A stretch of DNA of 64,000 bases from Armatimonadota bacterium (lineage in GTDB: Bacteria > Armatimonadota > SYMT01): contig JAWLHY010000002.1 of the NCBI GenBank assembly GCA_041690135.1, positions 464,332 through 528,331 of the forward strand, read 5' to 3'. The translations under genes were made by a program, and so were the position numbers. The notes under the pieces are model-generated. The model was given only the letters and a program-made list of their open reading frames with translations, was not told the origin of the DNA and did not search any database. Positions 38,227-48,229 of this stretch are shown here, in pieces (the stretch's first letter is position 1; every line of letters starts with the position of its first letter).

Positions 38227-39126
38227 ATGGGCGATTACGATCGCAGCAGCAAATGGCTCATCCAGCATCACGGCGACTCCCTGCTTCGTCTCGCCGGAAT
38301 CGGTCCGATTTCACGATGGCGGGCGGTCCAACCAGAGGTGGTGCAACCCGGACAACTCCCGGATGGCTGCCTGGAAGTGTACGTTGGCGACGACGAGACT
38401 CCCGTCATTTTCGTGTTGGAGTTGGCAACCTACCCAGAGCAACGCGTTACCGAGCAACTCGTGCGCGATACGCTGCTGGTCCGGTTGGACCGTCGCTGCC
38501 TTCCCGAAGTGCTGGTGGTCGTCTTGCATCCAAAGGGCCGTCTGAACGTCCCACCGCACTTCCAGGAGCGCAGCCGGTTGGAGCACACAGAAATAGCGTT
38601 GCGCTGGAAAGTCGTAGAACTCTGGACCCTCGATGCGGAGAAACTGCTGGAAACGGGCGATCCCGGTGTGGCGCCCTGGGTTCCGCTCGCGCGGTACGAC
38701 GGCCCGCCAGAACCTCTCCTCCGCAGGTGCCGGGAGGTGATCGACCGGGAGGCTCATCCGGAGGAGCGGATCAACTTGCTTGCGGTCACACAGGTTCTGG
38801 CCCGTCTCCGGTATAATGATCTGGCTCTCTTTTCTTTACTCGGAGGGCGGCAAGTCATGATTGAGTCCCCGCTGATCCAGGAAATCGTTACCGAAGCCGA
38901 GGCCCGCGGAAAGGCAGAAGGCAAGGCAGAAGGCAAGGCAGAAGGCAAGGCGGAGGGGAAAGCGCAAGCGCTGCTGACGGTCCTGCACACCCGATTTGGC
39001 CCCCTCCCCCAAGAGTTGGTGGACGTAATATCCCGCATCGCCGATGAAAAGGTGCTGGACAGCCTCGTTGAGCACGCCACACGCTGCCGTACGCTCACGG
39101 GCTTTCGAGCGCGCATTCCATCTTGA
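38227..39126 (+). CDS. Rpn/YhgA-like (PD-(D/E)xK) protein with C-terminal GKAE repeats
   Basis: 'YDRSSKWLI', 'PDGCL..FVLELATYP', internal 'MIESP', 12-bp repeats coding (GKAE)x4, 'LHTRFG'. Confidence 0.7.
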   Translation: MGDYDRSSKWLIQHHGDSLLRLAGIGPISRWRAVQPEVVQPGQLPDGCLEVYVGDDETPVIFVLELATYPEQRVTEQLVRDTLLVRLDRRCLPEVLVVVLHPKGRLNVPPHFQERSRLEHTEIALRWKVVELWTLDAEKLLETGDPGVAPWVPLARYDGPPEPLLRRCREVIDREAHPEERINLLAVTQVLARLRYNDLALFSLLGGRQVMIESPLIQEIVTEAEARGKAEGKAEGKAEGKAEGKAQALLTVLHTRFGPLPQELVDVISRIADEKVLDSLVEHATRCRTLTGFRARIPS

Positions 39127-39434
39127 ACTCGACAAACGCGGCTCCTGCTTGTTGGAGGTCGTTTTACCGGGTAGGCACGGGTTCGGGTACCGGTTGCGAA
39201 CCAGGAACGGGATTCGAAGGGAGGCCCAGAAGCCACGAAAGCCCATCTGGACGCCTCTACCGTAGCCGGGCGGTTACCAGGACGGCCCGCTACACAAAAG
39301 CACCGTATTGGACCACAGCGGGCACTGCTCCACACGGGCAATTTTCAGCTTACTCCTTGGCCGTCCATCGCCCGGCGGGAACGGGTCAACAGGCAGGGCA
39401 AGGAGTACCCGCGGCGCCCGGCGAACCGGCCCGT

Positions 39435-40628
39435 ATGAAGCTCATCCTTTCTCTTTCCCTATCGCTCCTGCTGGCCGGAAGCGCCTCTGCCCAGCAAGGT
39501 ACCTCCCTCACTCCGAAGTCCCTCCAATCCGCGCTCCAGGGCAATCCAGCGGGCAGCGCCGCCGAGCAATTGGCCGATCGCGTCCGCGCCTACTTCGGCA
39601 AGAACAACCTCGCCAAGGGGCCCGCGCCCAAGGTGGATGACCTCACCGCGGCCTGGGCTCTGGAGATGCCGACCGCCAAATCCGTCAGTGTGGTGTCCGA
39701 GGACGGCAAGTTCACCCTCCCGCTGAAGCGTCTGGGCGCCACCCCGGTGTATGCCGCGGCGGTCACCCTGCCGGAGGGCGAGGCGTTCCGCTGGAAGTAC
39801 CGGGTCGACGACCGGGAGATGGGCGGCGGCCAGCTCGAGGTCTACACCACGCCGGCCGAAATGAAGGAGCAGCCCGGGGTGCCGAAGGGCAAGCTCACCC
39901 AGATGCCGCCGTGGGAGAGTAAGATCTTCGCCGGCACCACGCGCGACTGGTGGGTCTACGTTCCCGCGCAGTACAGGCCCGAAAACCCCGCCTGCCTCAT
40001 GGTGTTCCAGGACGGCGGCGGAGCTAAGAACTACGTCCCCACCTGCTTCGATAACCTGATCCACAAGGGCGAGATGCCGGTCACCGTGGGCGTGTTCATC
40101 AACCCCGGCGTGTTCAAGGACGGCAGGCGCAACCGCAGCTATGAGTACGACCGCCTCTCGGACCAGTATGTCCGCTTCCTCACCGAAGAGATCATCCCCG
40201 AAGTGGAGAAGATGGCGAAGCTGCGCCAGGACCCCAAGGCCCGCGCCATCTCCGGCAGCAGCAGCGGCGGCATCTGCGCCTTCACGGCGGCGTGGGAGCG
40301 GCCCGACTACTTCCACAAGGTGCTCTCGTGGGTCGGCAGTTTCACCAACATCCAGCACGGCCCCACCTTCAAGGAAGGGGGTCACAACTACGAGGCGATG
40401 ATCCGCAAGGCGCCGAAGCGCGACATCCGGGTCTTTCTGCAGGACGGGGAGAATGACCTCGACAACGCCAACGGCAACTGGCCCCTGGCCAACCTGGCGA
40501 TGGCGAAGTCGCTGGCCTATGCCAAGTACGACTATAAGTTCGTCTACGGCAAGGGCTTCCACAGCGGCAAGCACGGCCAGGCGATCCTCCCGGACAGCCT
40601 CCGCTGGCTCTGGCGCGACGTCCGCTAA
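39435..40628 (+). CDS. Secreted enterochelin-esterase-like alpha/beta hydrolase
   Basis: Signal peptide, 'WVYVPAQY', 'MVFQDG', 'GSSSGG' nucleophile motif, 'GFH'. Confidence 0.9.
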   Translation: MKLILSLSLSLLLAGSASAQQGTSLTPKSLQSALQGNPAGSAAEQLADRVRAYFGKNNLAKGPAPKVDDLTAAWALEMPTAKSVSVVSEDGKFTLPLKRLGATPVYAAAVTLPEGEAFRWKYRVDDREMGGGQLEVYTTPAEMKEQPGVPKGKLTQMPPWESKIFAGTTRDWWVYVPAQYRPENPACLMVFQDGGGAKNYVPTCFDNLIHKGEMPVTVGVFINPGVFKDGRRNRSYEYDRLSDQYVRFLTEEIIPEVEKMAKLRQDPKARAISGSSSGGICAFTAAWERPDYFHKVLSWVGSFTNIQHGPTFKEGGHNYEAMIRKAPKRDIRVFLQDGENDLDNANGNWPLANLAMAKSLAYAKYDYKFVYGKGFHSGKHGQAILPDSLRWLWRDVR

Positions 40629-40637
40629 CCACACCGA

Positions 40638-42011
40638 TCAGAAGCCGAGCTCGGCGTGGAGGGCGGAGGCCAGGTCCGGATGCAGGAAGCGAAAGCCGGC
40701 CTCCTGGAGGCGTGCGGGCCGGACGCGGTTGCCCATCAGCACTGCGTGATCGGCCAGCTCGCCGAGGACCAGGCGGACGGCGAAGGCGGGAACGGGGAAC
40801 GGAGCCGGGCGGCGCAGCACCCGCGCCAGGGTGCGCGTGAACTCAAGGTTGGTCAGCGGTTCCGGCGCGGTGCCGTTCACCGGCCCGGTGATCCCGTCCG
40901 TGAAGAGCAGGAATTGGATCGCCCCGACCAGGTCGTCGAGGGCGATCCAACTCCAGTACTGCCGACCGCTGCCGACGGTGCCACCCAGGCCCAGGCGGAA
41001 AAGCGGGAGTAGCCGGGCCAGCGCCCCTTCGCGGGCGGAGAGGACCATCCCCACGCGCAGGTGCACCACCCGGATCCCGGCCTCGCTGGCGGGCTGCGTC
41101 GCGGACTCCCAGTCGCGGCTCACGTCGGCCAGAAAACCGGTTCCCGGCGCGCTTGTTTCGGTCAGGACCTCGTCGCCGCGGTCCCCGTAATAGCCGATGG
41201 CCGAGGCGGAGATCAGCGCACGGGGCGGGTTCCGCATCCGGGCGAGGGCCTCACAGAGCCCGCGGGACCCCTGCACCCGGCTGTCGCGGATGCGGGCGCG
41301 GTGCTCCGCGGTCCAGCGCCGCGCCGCCACGTTCTCCCCCGCGAGATGCACCACGGCATCCACGCCTTCCAGCCCCGCAGTATCGACGCGGCCGCCTTCC
41401 GGGTCCCAGAACACCTCCCGGAACTCCGGACGGGGGGTGCGGCGGACCAGCCGGTCGATGCGGTGCCCGCCGGTCTCCATGAAGGCGCAGAAGGCGCGGC
41501 CTACCAGTCCGGAGGCGCCGGTTACGGCGATGCGCTGCGGACCGCACCCGGAGAAGGCATGGTGCCGCTCCAGGTCGGCGCGGGTGCGGAAATGCCGCCA
41601 CGCGAACATCCGCTGCAGCTTCCGCTCCGTGAGCGCTCCGCCTGCCAGTTGACCCGCCATGCCCAACGGCAGCCGGTAATGAATCACGTCCTCCAGCCGG
41701 CTCCGCTCCGGGCTCTCGGGCTCAAAGCGGTGCGTGTGGACCCACTCCGTGAACGGCCCCCGCATTTGCACGTCCTCGAACTGCCGGCCCTCGACACAGT
41801 TCCGGTGGAGGGCCTCCCAGGTCAGGGAGAGGGGTCCCTGCCGGATCTCGAACACCTTCCGCGCCCCGTCCGCAATGCCGCCTGTGTCCTCCCGGACGCA
41901 AATCGTCTCCCAGGGCGGGGTAAGTCGCTCGAACGCCCCCGGCCGTGCATGCCAGGCAAACAGCTCCTCCACCGGTACCGGAACCTGTGATGTCTGGGTA
42001 AACACCGGCAT
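40638..42011 (-). CDS. SRPBCC + TIGR01777 (YfcH-like) NAD-dependent epimerase
   Basis: 'WHARPGAFERLTPPW', 'GASGLVG', 'HLAGEN', 'SASAIGYYG', 'WSWIALDD'. Confidence 0.92.
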   Translation of the reverse strand: MPVFTQTSQVPVPVEELFAWHARPGAFERLTPPWETICVREDTGGIADGARKVFEIRQGPLSLTWEALHRNCVEGRQFEDVQMRGPFTEWVHTHRFEPESPERSRLEDVIHYRLPLGMAGQLAGGALTERKLQRMFAWRHFRTRADLERHHAFSGCGPQRIAVTGASGLVGRAFCAFMETGGHRIDRLVRRTPRPEFREVFWDPEGGRVDTAGLEGVDAVVHLAGENVAARRWTAEHRARIRDSRVQGSRGLCEALARMRNPPRALISASAIGYYGDRGDEVLTETSAPGTGFLADVSRDWESATQPASEAGIRVVHLRVGMVLSAREGALARLLPLFRLGLGGTVGSGRQYWSWIALDDLVGAIQFLLFTDGITGPVNGTAPEPLTNLEFTRTLARVLRRPAPFPVPAFAVRLVLGELADHAVLMGNRVRPARLQEAGFRFLHPDLASALHAELGF

Positions 42012-42127
42012 CGGCTTCCCGTTCTCCCCATGCGGGTTGGAGATGATTCGCAACCCTCACGCTCATTCTCCGTTACCCAGTGTGAGAACGGTCCACGATC
42101 TCTCAGCTTCTTCGGGGCGCGAAGCAG

Positions 42128-42472
42128 ATGGACGAAGGCTGCCTGTTTTTCCTCCTGCACGCTGTAGGAAGCTTCCTGTTCGAGATTCTGGGTGCCGTCG
42201 TGCAAGGCGCCTGGGACTTCGGCGGCAAGTTGACGCGTTGGCTCTACCGCGAGGCGCCTGTGGCCGTGCGGATGGGTGCCCGTCTCGGCGCCCTGGGCGG
42301 CTGCCTCTGGGGCCTGGGCCTGGGACTACGCTACTGCCCGGCCTGGCTCTCCCCACCAGTCGCCGCCCTGGGCGTGGCGTTCATGATCGCACCCCTGCTC
42401 GGCCTGATAGGGGGTCTGGCCGGCTGGGGCTGCAGCGCTCGAGATTCCGGCAGAATAAGGGCGGGAGAATAG
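42128..42472 (+). CDS. Small membrane hypothetical protein
   Basis: 114 aa with 2-3 hydrophobic segments, filling an intergenic gap. Confidence 0.55.
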   Translation: MDEGCLFFLLHAVGSFLFEILGAVVQGAWDFGGKLTRWLYREAPVAVRMGARLGALGGCLWGLGLGLRYCPAWLSPPVAALGVAFMIAPLLGLIGGLAGWGCSARDSGRIRAGE

Positions 42473-42477
42473 GGATT

Positions 42478-43224
42478 CTATTCAATACTGAACGGACAAT
42501 TATCATCCCCGCCGCCGATCGTGTTGCAGATTCGGCCCCCGATCTTCTGCCACTTCACGTGCCCGTCGCAGTAGAGGTAGTTGGCTCCGTCGTTGTGCCG
42601 AACGGCGCCGCGATTGAGGGGCCCGCTGCGCGACTCCGTGTGCGCGTTCGTTTGCACGATACCGCTGAAGTGGAAGGTGTCGTGGTCGAACAGCAGGTAC
42701 GTGTCCGCCGGGTACTGGAACGTCGCGAGGGAGCGGGGCACGTTGCCGCCCGGCATCGGCGGCTGGGCGGTGTCCGGTGCGGTGAGGTCGAAATGGACCC
42801 GGTTGCACCCGTAGCCGCTTTCCCCGGTGTACTCCGCGGTCACCTGGGTAGGGTCGAAGTTCGGCTGCCACGGGTTCGCGGGCCGGTAGCTGCTGCAGAA
42901 GAAGATGCCGGCGTTCTTCACGTACGGGTAGATCATCCACCGCCAGGTGTACATCCCCGGCTGGGGCGGACCGATGGCGCCGGACCCCCGGTAGGCCGCC
43001 GGGAGCACCTCGTCGTAGTCGTCTGTGTACATCACGATCGCGTTGCCGAGCTGCTTCAGGTTGCTCTTGCACTGCGCGGCCCGGGCCGCCTCCCGGGCGC
43101 GGGCAAAGACGGGGAAGAGGATGGCGGCGAGGATGGCGATGATCGCTATCACCACGAGCAGCTCGATCAGGGTGAAAGCGTGCCGCAAGCGGTGGGTGGA
43201 TGGAGCGGATGGAATGGGGCGCAC
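42478..43224 (-). CDS. Prepilin-type N-terminal methylation / DUF1559 (H-X9-DG-CTERM) protein
   Basis: '[30 protein letters not shown]', '[17 protein letters not shown]'. Confidence 0.95.
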   Translation of the reverse strand: MRPIPSAPSTHRLRHAFTLIELLVVIAIIAILAAILFPVFARAREAARAAQCKSNLKQLGNAIVMYTDDYDEVLPAAYRGSGAIGPPQPGMYTWRWMIYPYVKNAGIFFCSSYRPANPWQPNFDPTQVTAEYTGESGYGCNRVHFDLTAPDTAQPPMPGGNVPRSLATFQYPADTYLLFDHDTFHFSGIVQTNAHTESRSGPLNRGAVRHNDGANYLYCDGHVKWQKIGGRICNTIGGGDDNCPFSIE

Positions 43225-43391
43225 TCCCGACCTCCAGAATGGGGTTCGACCAGGACCGGCAAAGAGAGGAGTGGGTCCGGCCCGGCGGAGGCCGTCTCCT
43301 TGGTACCTATACGCTCGGAGTAGCCGGTGGTGTTTCCGGTTGGACGCCCAGCCGCATCCTGGAGTTGCACCGCATCAGGTTGGAGACGCGG

Positions 43392-43443
43392 AAAAAGCCG
43401 GGATCCGAAATAGGAGGTTTGCACTCTTCTCTCGGATCCCGGC
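43392..43443 (-). terminator. Intrinsic terminator after the sigma factor gene
   Basis: gccgggatccga...tcggatcccggc followed by TTTTT on the minus strand. Confidence 0.65.
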
Positions 43444-43467
43444 CCGCGTAGCCTGGGTGTAAGGAAT

Positions 43468-44247
43468 TCAGGCAGCGAGTTCCGCGACCAGTTCGTGGTG
43501 CCGGACCAGCTTGTGGCTCAGGCGGAGCATCGCCTTGGTGTGGATCTGCGACACCCGCTGTTCCGTCACCCCCAGCACCCGGCCGATCTCCTTCAGGGTC
43601 AGGTCCTTCTCGTAGTAGAGGGACACGACCAGCTTCTCCCGCTCCGGCAGGGCCTGGATCGCCTCCACCAGCCGCCGCCGCGCCTCCGTCTTCTCCTGCT
43701 GCACGTACGGATCGAAGGCGTTCCCCGCCGGGGTCCGTTCGCCGCGGCTCGTCGAGTCCTCCGAGCCGGAAACGAGATCGTCCAGGCTAAGGACCGAGCT
43801 CCGCGAGATGTCGCTCACCAGGTGCTCGAGCTCGCTCGTCTCCAGGCCCAGCTCCCGGGCCACCTCGTCATCAGAGGGGGTGCGGCCCAGCACGGCTTCC
43901 AGGTGCGCGTAGGCGCGTCGCAGCCGGTTCTCCTCCGCTCGCACGGACCGCGGCGCCCAATCCAGGCGGCGCAGCGCATCCAGGATCGCGCCGCGGATCC
44001 GCGGCATGGCGAAGCCCTCGAACGGAACTCCCATCTCCGGGTCGTACCGGTCCACGGCGTTGATCAGGCCGATGACCGCGTGGCTGACCAGGTCGTCGGT
44101 GCTCACACAACCCCAGGGGGTGAACTGCAGACGCTCGACAGCCCGGCGGGCGAGGATGGCGTACTCGCGGATGAGCTCTTCCCGGAGCCGGGGCGACCGG
44201 GTTCGCGCATACTCCTGCCACCGCGCCTGGGAATTGAAACTGATCAT
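43468..44247 (-). CDS. FliA/WhiG family (sigma28) RNA polymerase sigma factor
   Basis: 'GLINAVDRYDP', 'RIRGAILDALRRLDWAPRSVR', 'LYYEKDLTLKEIGRVLGVTEQRVSQIH'. Confidence 0.95.
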   Translation of the reverse strand: MISFNSQARWQEYARTRSPRLREELIREYAILARRAVERLQFTPWGCVSTDDLVSHAVIGLINAVDRYDPEMGVPFEGFAMPRIRGAILDALRRLDWAPRSVRAEENRLRRAYAHLEAVLGRTPSDDEVARELGLETSELEHLVSDISRSSVLSLDDLVSGSEDSTSRGERTPAGNAFDPYVQQEKTEARRRLVEAIQALPEREKLVVSLYYEKDLTLKEIGRVLGVTEQRVSQIHTKAMLRLSHKLVRHHELVAELAA

Positions 44248-44582
44248 TGCCGGATCCTCCGCTCGACTTGAACGCGTCGCTACGACCTTTGTGTGACGTT
44301 AGTATCGCCGGTGTCCGCCCAACGGTGTATCCGCCTCCTGGATAGAAATCGCATGTCCGGTTGGGTGTCTTTCGGTTATCCGGGCCGCAAGTGGACAACG
44401 ACTGTCGCCTGCCGGACGGACGACCTCGGGCATGGAAAGCGGATTCGCAGGCGGCGCGAAAAGGGGGTGTCCGTCCGCATCGTGCCGGTGGGCCTGCCGC
44501 TGCTTCGCGCGTCGTTCGCGGAGTTTTGTGCGTGGAATAGGGCGGCGAGGATGGATTTCCGGCCCCCAGGGCGAAATCGGCC

Positions 44583-44609
44583 TAAAGTCGGATGGTGCGC
44601 GACCGATGT
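44583..44609 (+). promoter_or_regulatory. Putative sigma28 promoter for the response regulator
   Basis: TAAA-N15-ACCGATGT versus consensus TAAA-N15-GCCGATAA. Confidence 0.55.
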
Positions 44610-44744
44610 ATTTGGATAATCCACACAAGGACGGAGGCCGATTGACCGTTGGTATTAGTCCGCACCCCTCCAGGTGGGGGTGGGTCGATCCCTCGACCGT
44701 CATCACCGGCTTGCCGGCTGTTCCCTCACGGATAATCCTCAAGA

Positions 44745-45413
44745 ATGAATGTTTCCGTAGTCATCGCCGAAGACGACGCCCTCCTCCGCAACCTGCTCAC
44801 CACGCTGCTAGCCCAGGAAGAGGGGTTGGAGGTCGTGGGCAGCGCGGCCTCCGGTGCGGAGTGCCTCGATACGGTCCGGCAACTGCGGCCGCGCGTGTTG
44901 CTCCTGGACCTCCACCTGCCGGGCATGTCCGGGCTCAAAGTGATGGAGGCGCTGGAACCCGGCGGCGAGGGTCCTCTCACGCTGGTGCTTAGCGGCTCGG
45001 AGGATGAGGAGACGCAGTTGCAGGCGGCCCGCAGCGGAGCACGGGGCTTCTTGCCCAAGTCGCAGGCCGCCACGGTGCTGGCCCGCGCCATTCGCTCCGT
45101 AGCGGAAGGGGAGGTCTGGTTCTCCCGGAGAGTATCGGAGCGGATCTTCCAGGAGTACCACCAACTCGCCCGCCGCACCCGGGAGCAGGATAAGCCGCTC
45201 AATCAGCTGTCGGAGCGGGAGCGGGAGGTGTTGATCTGCGTCGCGCGCGGCATGACCAACAGCCAGATCGCCGCGGACCTTTACATGAGCGTCCACACCG
45301 TCAAGGTCCATATCCAGAGCATTTTGCGCAAGCTCAACCTGCCGAACCGGGTCGAGGCCGCCGTGTACGCGGTGCGCGAGGGGCTGGTGGCCGCCGAAGA
45401 CTCCGCCTCCTGA
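44745..45413 (+). CDS. NarL/FixJ-family response regulator (REC + LuxR HTH)
   Basis: 'IAEDD', 'LLDLHLPG', 'FLPK', 'LSEREREVL..GMTNSQIA..TVKVHI'. Confidence 0.95.
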   Translation: MNVSVVIAEDDALLRNLLTTLLAQEEGLEVVGSAASGAECLDTVRQLRPRVLLLDLHLPGMSGLKVMEALEPGGEGPLTLVLSGSEDEETQLQAARSGARGFLPKSQAATVLARAIRSVAEGEVWFSRRVSERIFQEYHQLARRTREQDKPLNQLSEREREVLICVARGMTNSQIAADLYMSVHTVKVHIQSILRKLNLPNRVEAAVYAVREGLVAAEDSAS

Positions 45414-45514
45414 AGCCGGTTCACCGCGCCTGCCGTCCAACTTCGCATAAACGGGACTTTAGACCCTGCCTGGTCGCGACGAAATGGAAGTTGCGAAGCG
45501 GGGGGACGAAGACG

Positions 45515-45766
45515 ATGGCAGGCTCCAAAAAAAACGAGTTCATAGGCGGCGAGGAATTCTGTGGCGTGAGCCCACGCGAGATGGGTACCGGTGAGGGTGC
45601 ATTGTCCTTTTTGGCGTTGGCGGAAGACTGGCTGACCGCGCAGGACGCGCTTCTCTACCACCGGGACGAGGCGCGAGAAGCGGAGATCGAAGAGCTCCGG
45701 CGCCAATGGGACCACGGCACCCTGGTGGTCGACGCCGAAGCATTGGCGGACCGTTTCCTTCGTTAA
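45515..45766 (+). CDS. FlgM-like anti-sigma28 factor
   Basis: 83 aa; C-terminus 'REAEIEELRRQWDHGTLVVDAEALADRFL' fits the FlgM sigma-binding pattern; weak sigma28-like promoter TTAG-N15-GACGAAAT at 45459-45485. Confidence 0.6.
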   Translation: MAGSKKNEFIGGEEFCGVSPREMGTGEGALSFLALAEDWLTAQDALLYHRDEAREAEIEELRRQWDHGTLVVDAEALADRFLR

Positions 45767-45945
45767 CTCCTTCCCGCATCCCAACAGAACCGCCTTACCC
45801 AGTCACCGGATCGAGGCGAAACATCCGGAGACGGGCCGCGTCTAACCGTTGAACACGCAGGCACACCCCTGGCGCCCGAGAGGGCGCCTTTCTCCTGGGG
45901 AGATCTACTAGGGGGGCAGTACTTGCGGGGATCACGGTGAGCGGC

Positions 45946-46350
45946 ATGGACAACTACTCCGATATCGGCTCCCTTCAGATCCGCGTCCTCCGCATCCTCT
46001 GGCAGCGCGGGGATGGGACGGTTCACGAGGTACTGGAAGCCTTTGCGCCCGGCGAGCGGCCGGCCTATACCACCATTCTCCACGTGCTGCGCACGCTGGA
46101 GCGACGCGGTCTGGTGGAGCACACCAAGGAGCAACGCCAGCATCGTTACCATCCCCTGGTCCAGGCGGATGAGGTCGAGCTCGGAGTTGTCCACTCGCTG
46201 CTCTCCCGCATCTTTTCCGGTTCGGCCGAACGCCTCGTGGCCCGTCTTCTGGAGGCCACCCCGCTGGACCGGAAGGAGCTGGAGGGAATCCGGCAACTGA
46301 TCGCCGTGCATGAGCAGGATGGCCGGACCACGAACGGGGGGAACGGCTGA
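45946..46350 (+). CDS. BlaI/MecI/CopY family transcriptional repressor
   Basis: 'LQIRVLRILWQRG..TVHEV..PAYTTILHVLRTLERRGLV..RYHP..FSGSAERLV'. Confidence 0.93.
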   Translation: MDNYSDIGSLQIRVLRILWQRGDGTVHEVLEAFAPGERPAYTTILHVLRTLERRGLVEHTKEQRQHRYHPLVQADEVELGVVHSLLSRIFSGSAERLVARLLEATPLDRKELEGIRQLIAVHEQDGRTTNGGNG

Positions 46351-48179
46351 TGGGGATCGGCATCACCCCCCCGGAGTTGGCCGCATGGGAAGCGGTGGCG
46401 CGCTACTTGCTTTCCTCCTGGCTCGTGCAGGCCACCCTGCTTCTCGGCGCCGGCCTGCTTCTGGCACGGCTCCCTCGCCTGGGCCCCGCCCAGCGGCATG
46501 GTGTGCTGGCGACGGCGCTTTTCCTGGCGACCCTCTCCCCGGTGGCGCTGCTACTTCCGCTGCCGTACCGCGCTACGGTCCCGGCGCCGCGGGAGCTTCG
46601 CGTCGTTGGTAGGCCGTTACGTGCAGCCGGATCTCGTCCGGCCCTGGGAGTACGGACGGCCGCGGGGGCTACGACTCTTCGGCCCGGGAAAGCTCGTCTT
46701 CCTGTCGCACCCGCCTTGGCCCCGGCCCTCGCGTGGCTCCAGCAGTATCCCGCCCTGGCGCTCGCGGCGGGCTGGCTGCTCCTCGTGGCGCTGAAGGGCG
46801 CGCTCTTGGGTGTTTCCGCACTCCAGGTAAGCACCTGGCGGAGGGGCGGACGTCCCCTCGACCGCGACCGCCTCTACCGCGCCTGCGGGTACCGGTTGGC
46901 GGACATCCCCATCCTGGAGACGCGGGGAGTGGGGGTGCCGAGTGTGATCGGAGTCCGGCGGCCCACGATCCTCCTGCCGGCGGATCTGGCGGGAGAGGTC
47001 GACGACGCCACCCTGGGCCAGATTCTCCTCCATGAGGAAGGGCACGTCCGCCGGCGGGATCCGCTCCTCCGGCTGCTGGCGGCCCTGGCGGGCTTGCTCC
47101 TTTTCTGGCATCCGCTGGCGGCGTGGGTGCGGCGCCGGATGGAACAGGCCGCGGAAGACGCCTGCGACCTCCACGTGCTCCGGCGGGGAACGGATCGCGC
47201 CGCCTATGCCCGGACACTGCTCTCCGTCCTGGAGTTGGCCCTTACCGGCCGGTCTCGCGGGCTGGCCTGCCGGCTCGGCCGCACGGGCGGCGAGCTGCGC
47301 CGGCGGGTGAGCCACATCCTCACGCATCCGACCACCGCTTCTCCGGCCATGACCGGTCTCGCGGCACTCGCGGCGGTACCCGTCGTCGGCGCCGCCCTTC
47401 TTCTGGACGCCGGCCCACGCCCCACCTTCCGGTATACCGCCCGGTCCGCCTCAAACTCTCCCGTCTCTACCCTTCATCGCCGCACCTCCACTCTTCACTC
47501 CCTCCCCGCCGCCCTCCCATCATCCACCCTCCACGCTCCCCCCTCCACCCTCCCGCCTCCACGCTCCCCCCTCCACTCTCCGCCCAACCCCCTCCCCCCT
47601 CCTCTCCCGATCCTGGGCGGGCGAGAACCGGTAGCCGTGCTCGCCGCGCCGCGCGCCAGCGAACCGCGGGCGGACCATCTCACGGTCTTCGTGCTCGATA
47701 TCTCCAGCAGCATGGCGGCCTATCAGCAAGATGCGCGACGTCAGCTCCTGCTGCGCCTGGAGGCCTTGCCGCCCGGAGACCGGTTCAACGTGGTCGCGTT
47801 TAACTCGCGGGTACTGCCTTACGCGTCGAGCCCCGTCTCACCCACGCCGGAGACTCTCGCCTCCGTGCGCGAGTGGCTGAACGCCCTGCCGGCGGAGACG
47901 GGCACCAACCTGGTCGCGGGGCTGGAGCATGCGCTGGCGCAGGAGGAGGTGACTTCGGTGGTGCTGTTCTCGGAGGACAACCTCTTGCGGGAGATCGGCG
48001 CCGCGCCGGAGTTCCTGGCGGTGGTGGAGCGGGCCAACCGTTTCCACGCGCGGGTCCTGGCGGTCGCGCCGGAGGGTCTCCCGGCCGAGGCCGGACAAAG
48101 TGCGTTCACCTCCCTGCCGGAACCGGCGCAGCAGAGGGCCCAGGCAAACCAGCGCCAGGGCGAGGCGGAGTTGCCGTAA
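46350..48179 (+). CDS. BlaR1-type M56 metallopeptidase with C-terminal vWA domain
   Basis: 'ILLHEEGHVRRRD...FWHPL...EDACD'; vWA 'VFVLDISSSM...GDRFNVVAF...GTNL'; heptamer-repeat linker at 47455-47612. Confidence 0.88.
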   Translation: MGIGITPPELAAWEAVARYLLSSWLVQATLLLGAGLLLARLPRLGPAQRHGVLATALFLATLSPVALLLPLPYRATVPAPRELRVVGRPLRAAGSRPALGVRTAAGATTLRPGKARLPVAPALAPALAWLQQYPALALAAGWLLLVALKGALLGVSALQVSTWRRGGRPLDRDRLYRACGYRLADIPILETRGVGVPSVIGVRRPTILLPADLAGEVDDATLGQILLHEEGHVRRRDPLLRLLAALAGLLLFWHPLAAWVRRRMEQAAEDACDLHVLRRGTDRAAYARTLLSVLELALTGRSRGLACRLGRTGGELRRRVSHILTHPTTASPAMTGLAALAAVPVVGAALLLDAGPRPTFRYTARSASNSPVSTLHRRTSTLHSLPAALPSSTLHAPPSTLPPPRSPLHSPPNPLPPPLPILGGREPVAVLAAPRASEPRADHLTVFVLDISSSMAAYQQDARRQLLLRLEALPPGDRFNVVAFNSRVLPYASSPVSPTPETLASVREWLNALPAETGTNLVAGLEHALAQEEVTSVVLFSEDNLLREIGAAPEFLAVVERANRFHARVLAVAPEGLPAEAGQSAFTSLPEPAQQRAQANQRQGEAELP

Positions 48180-48229
48180 CGCGGGGTTTCGGCGGCCTTC
48201 CCCGCCACGTCCGGAGACAGGAATTTCCG

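Noticed and set aside
43225-43391. c-di-GMP riboswitch upstream of the DUF1559 gene
   Set aside because: The GGCAAAC/GACGCAAAG class I motifs are absent, and a faint class II-like stretch is on the wrong strand.
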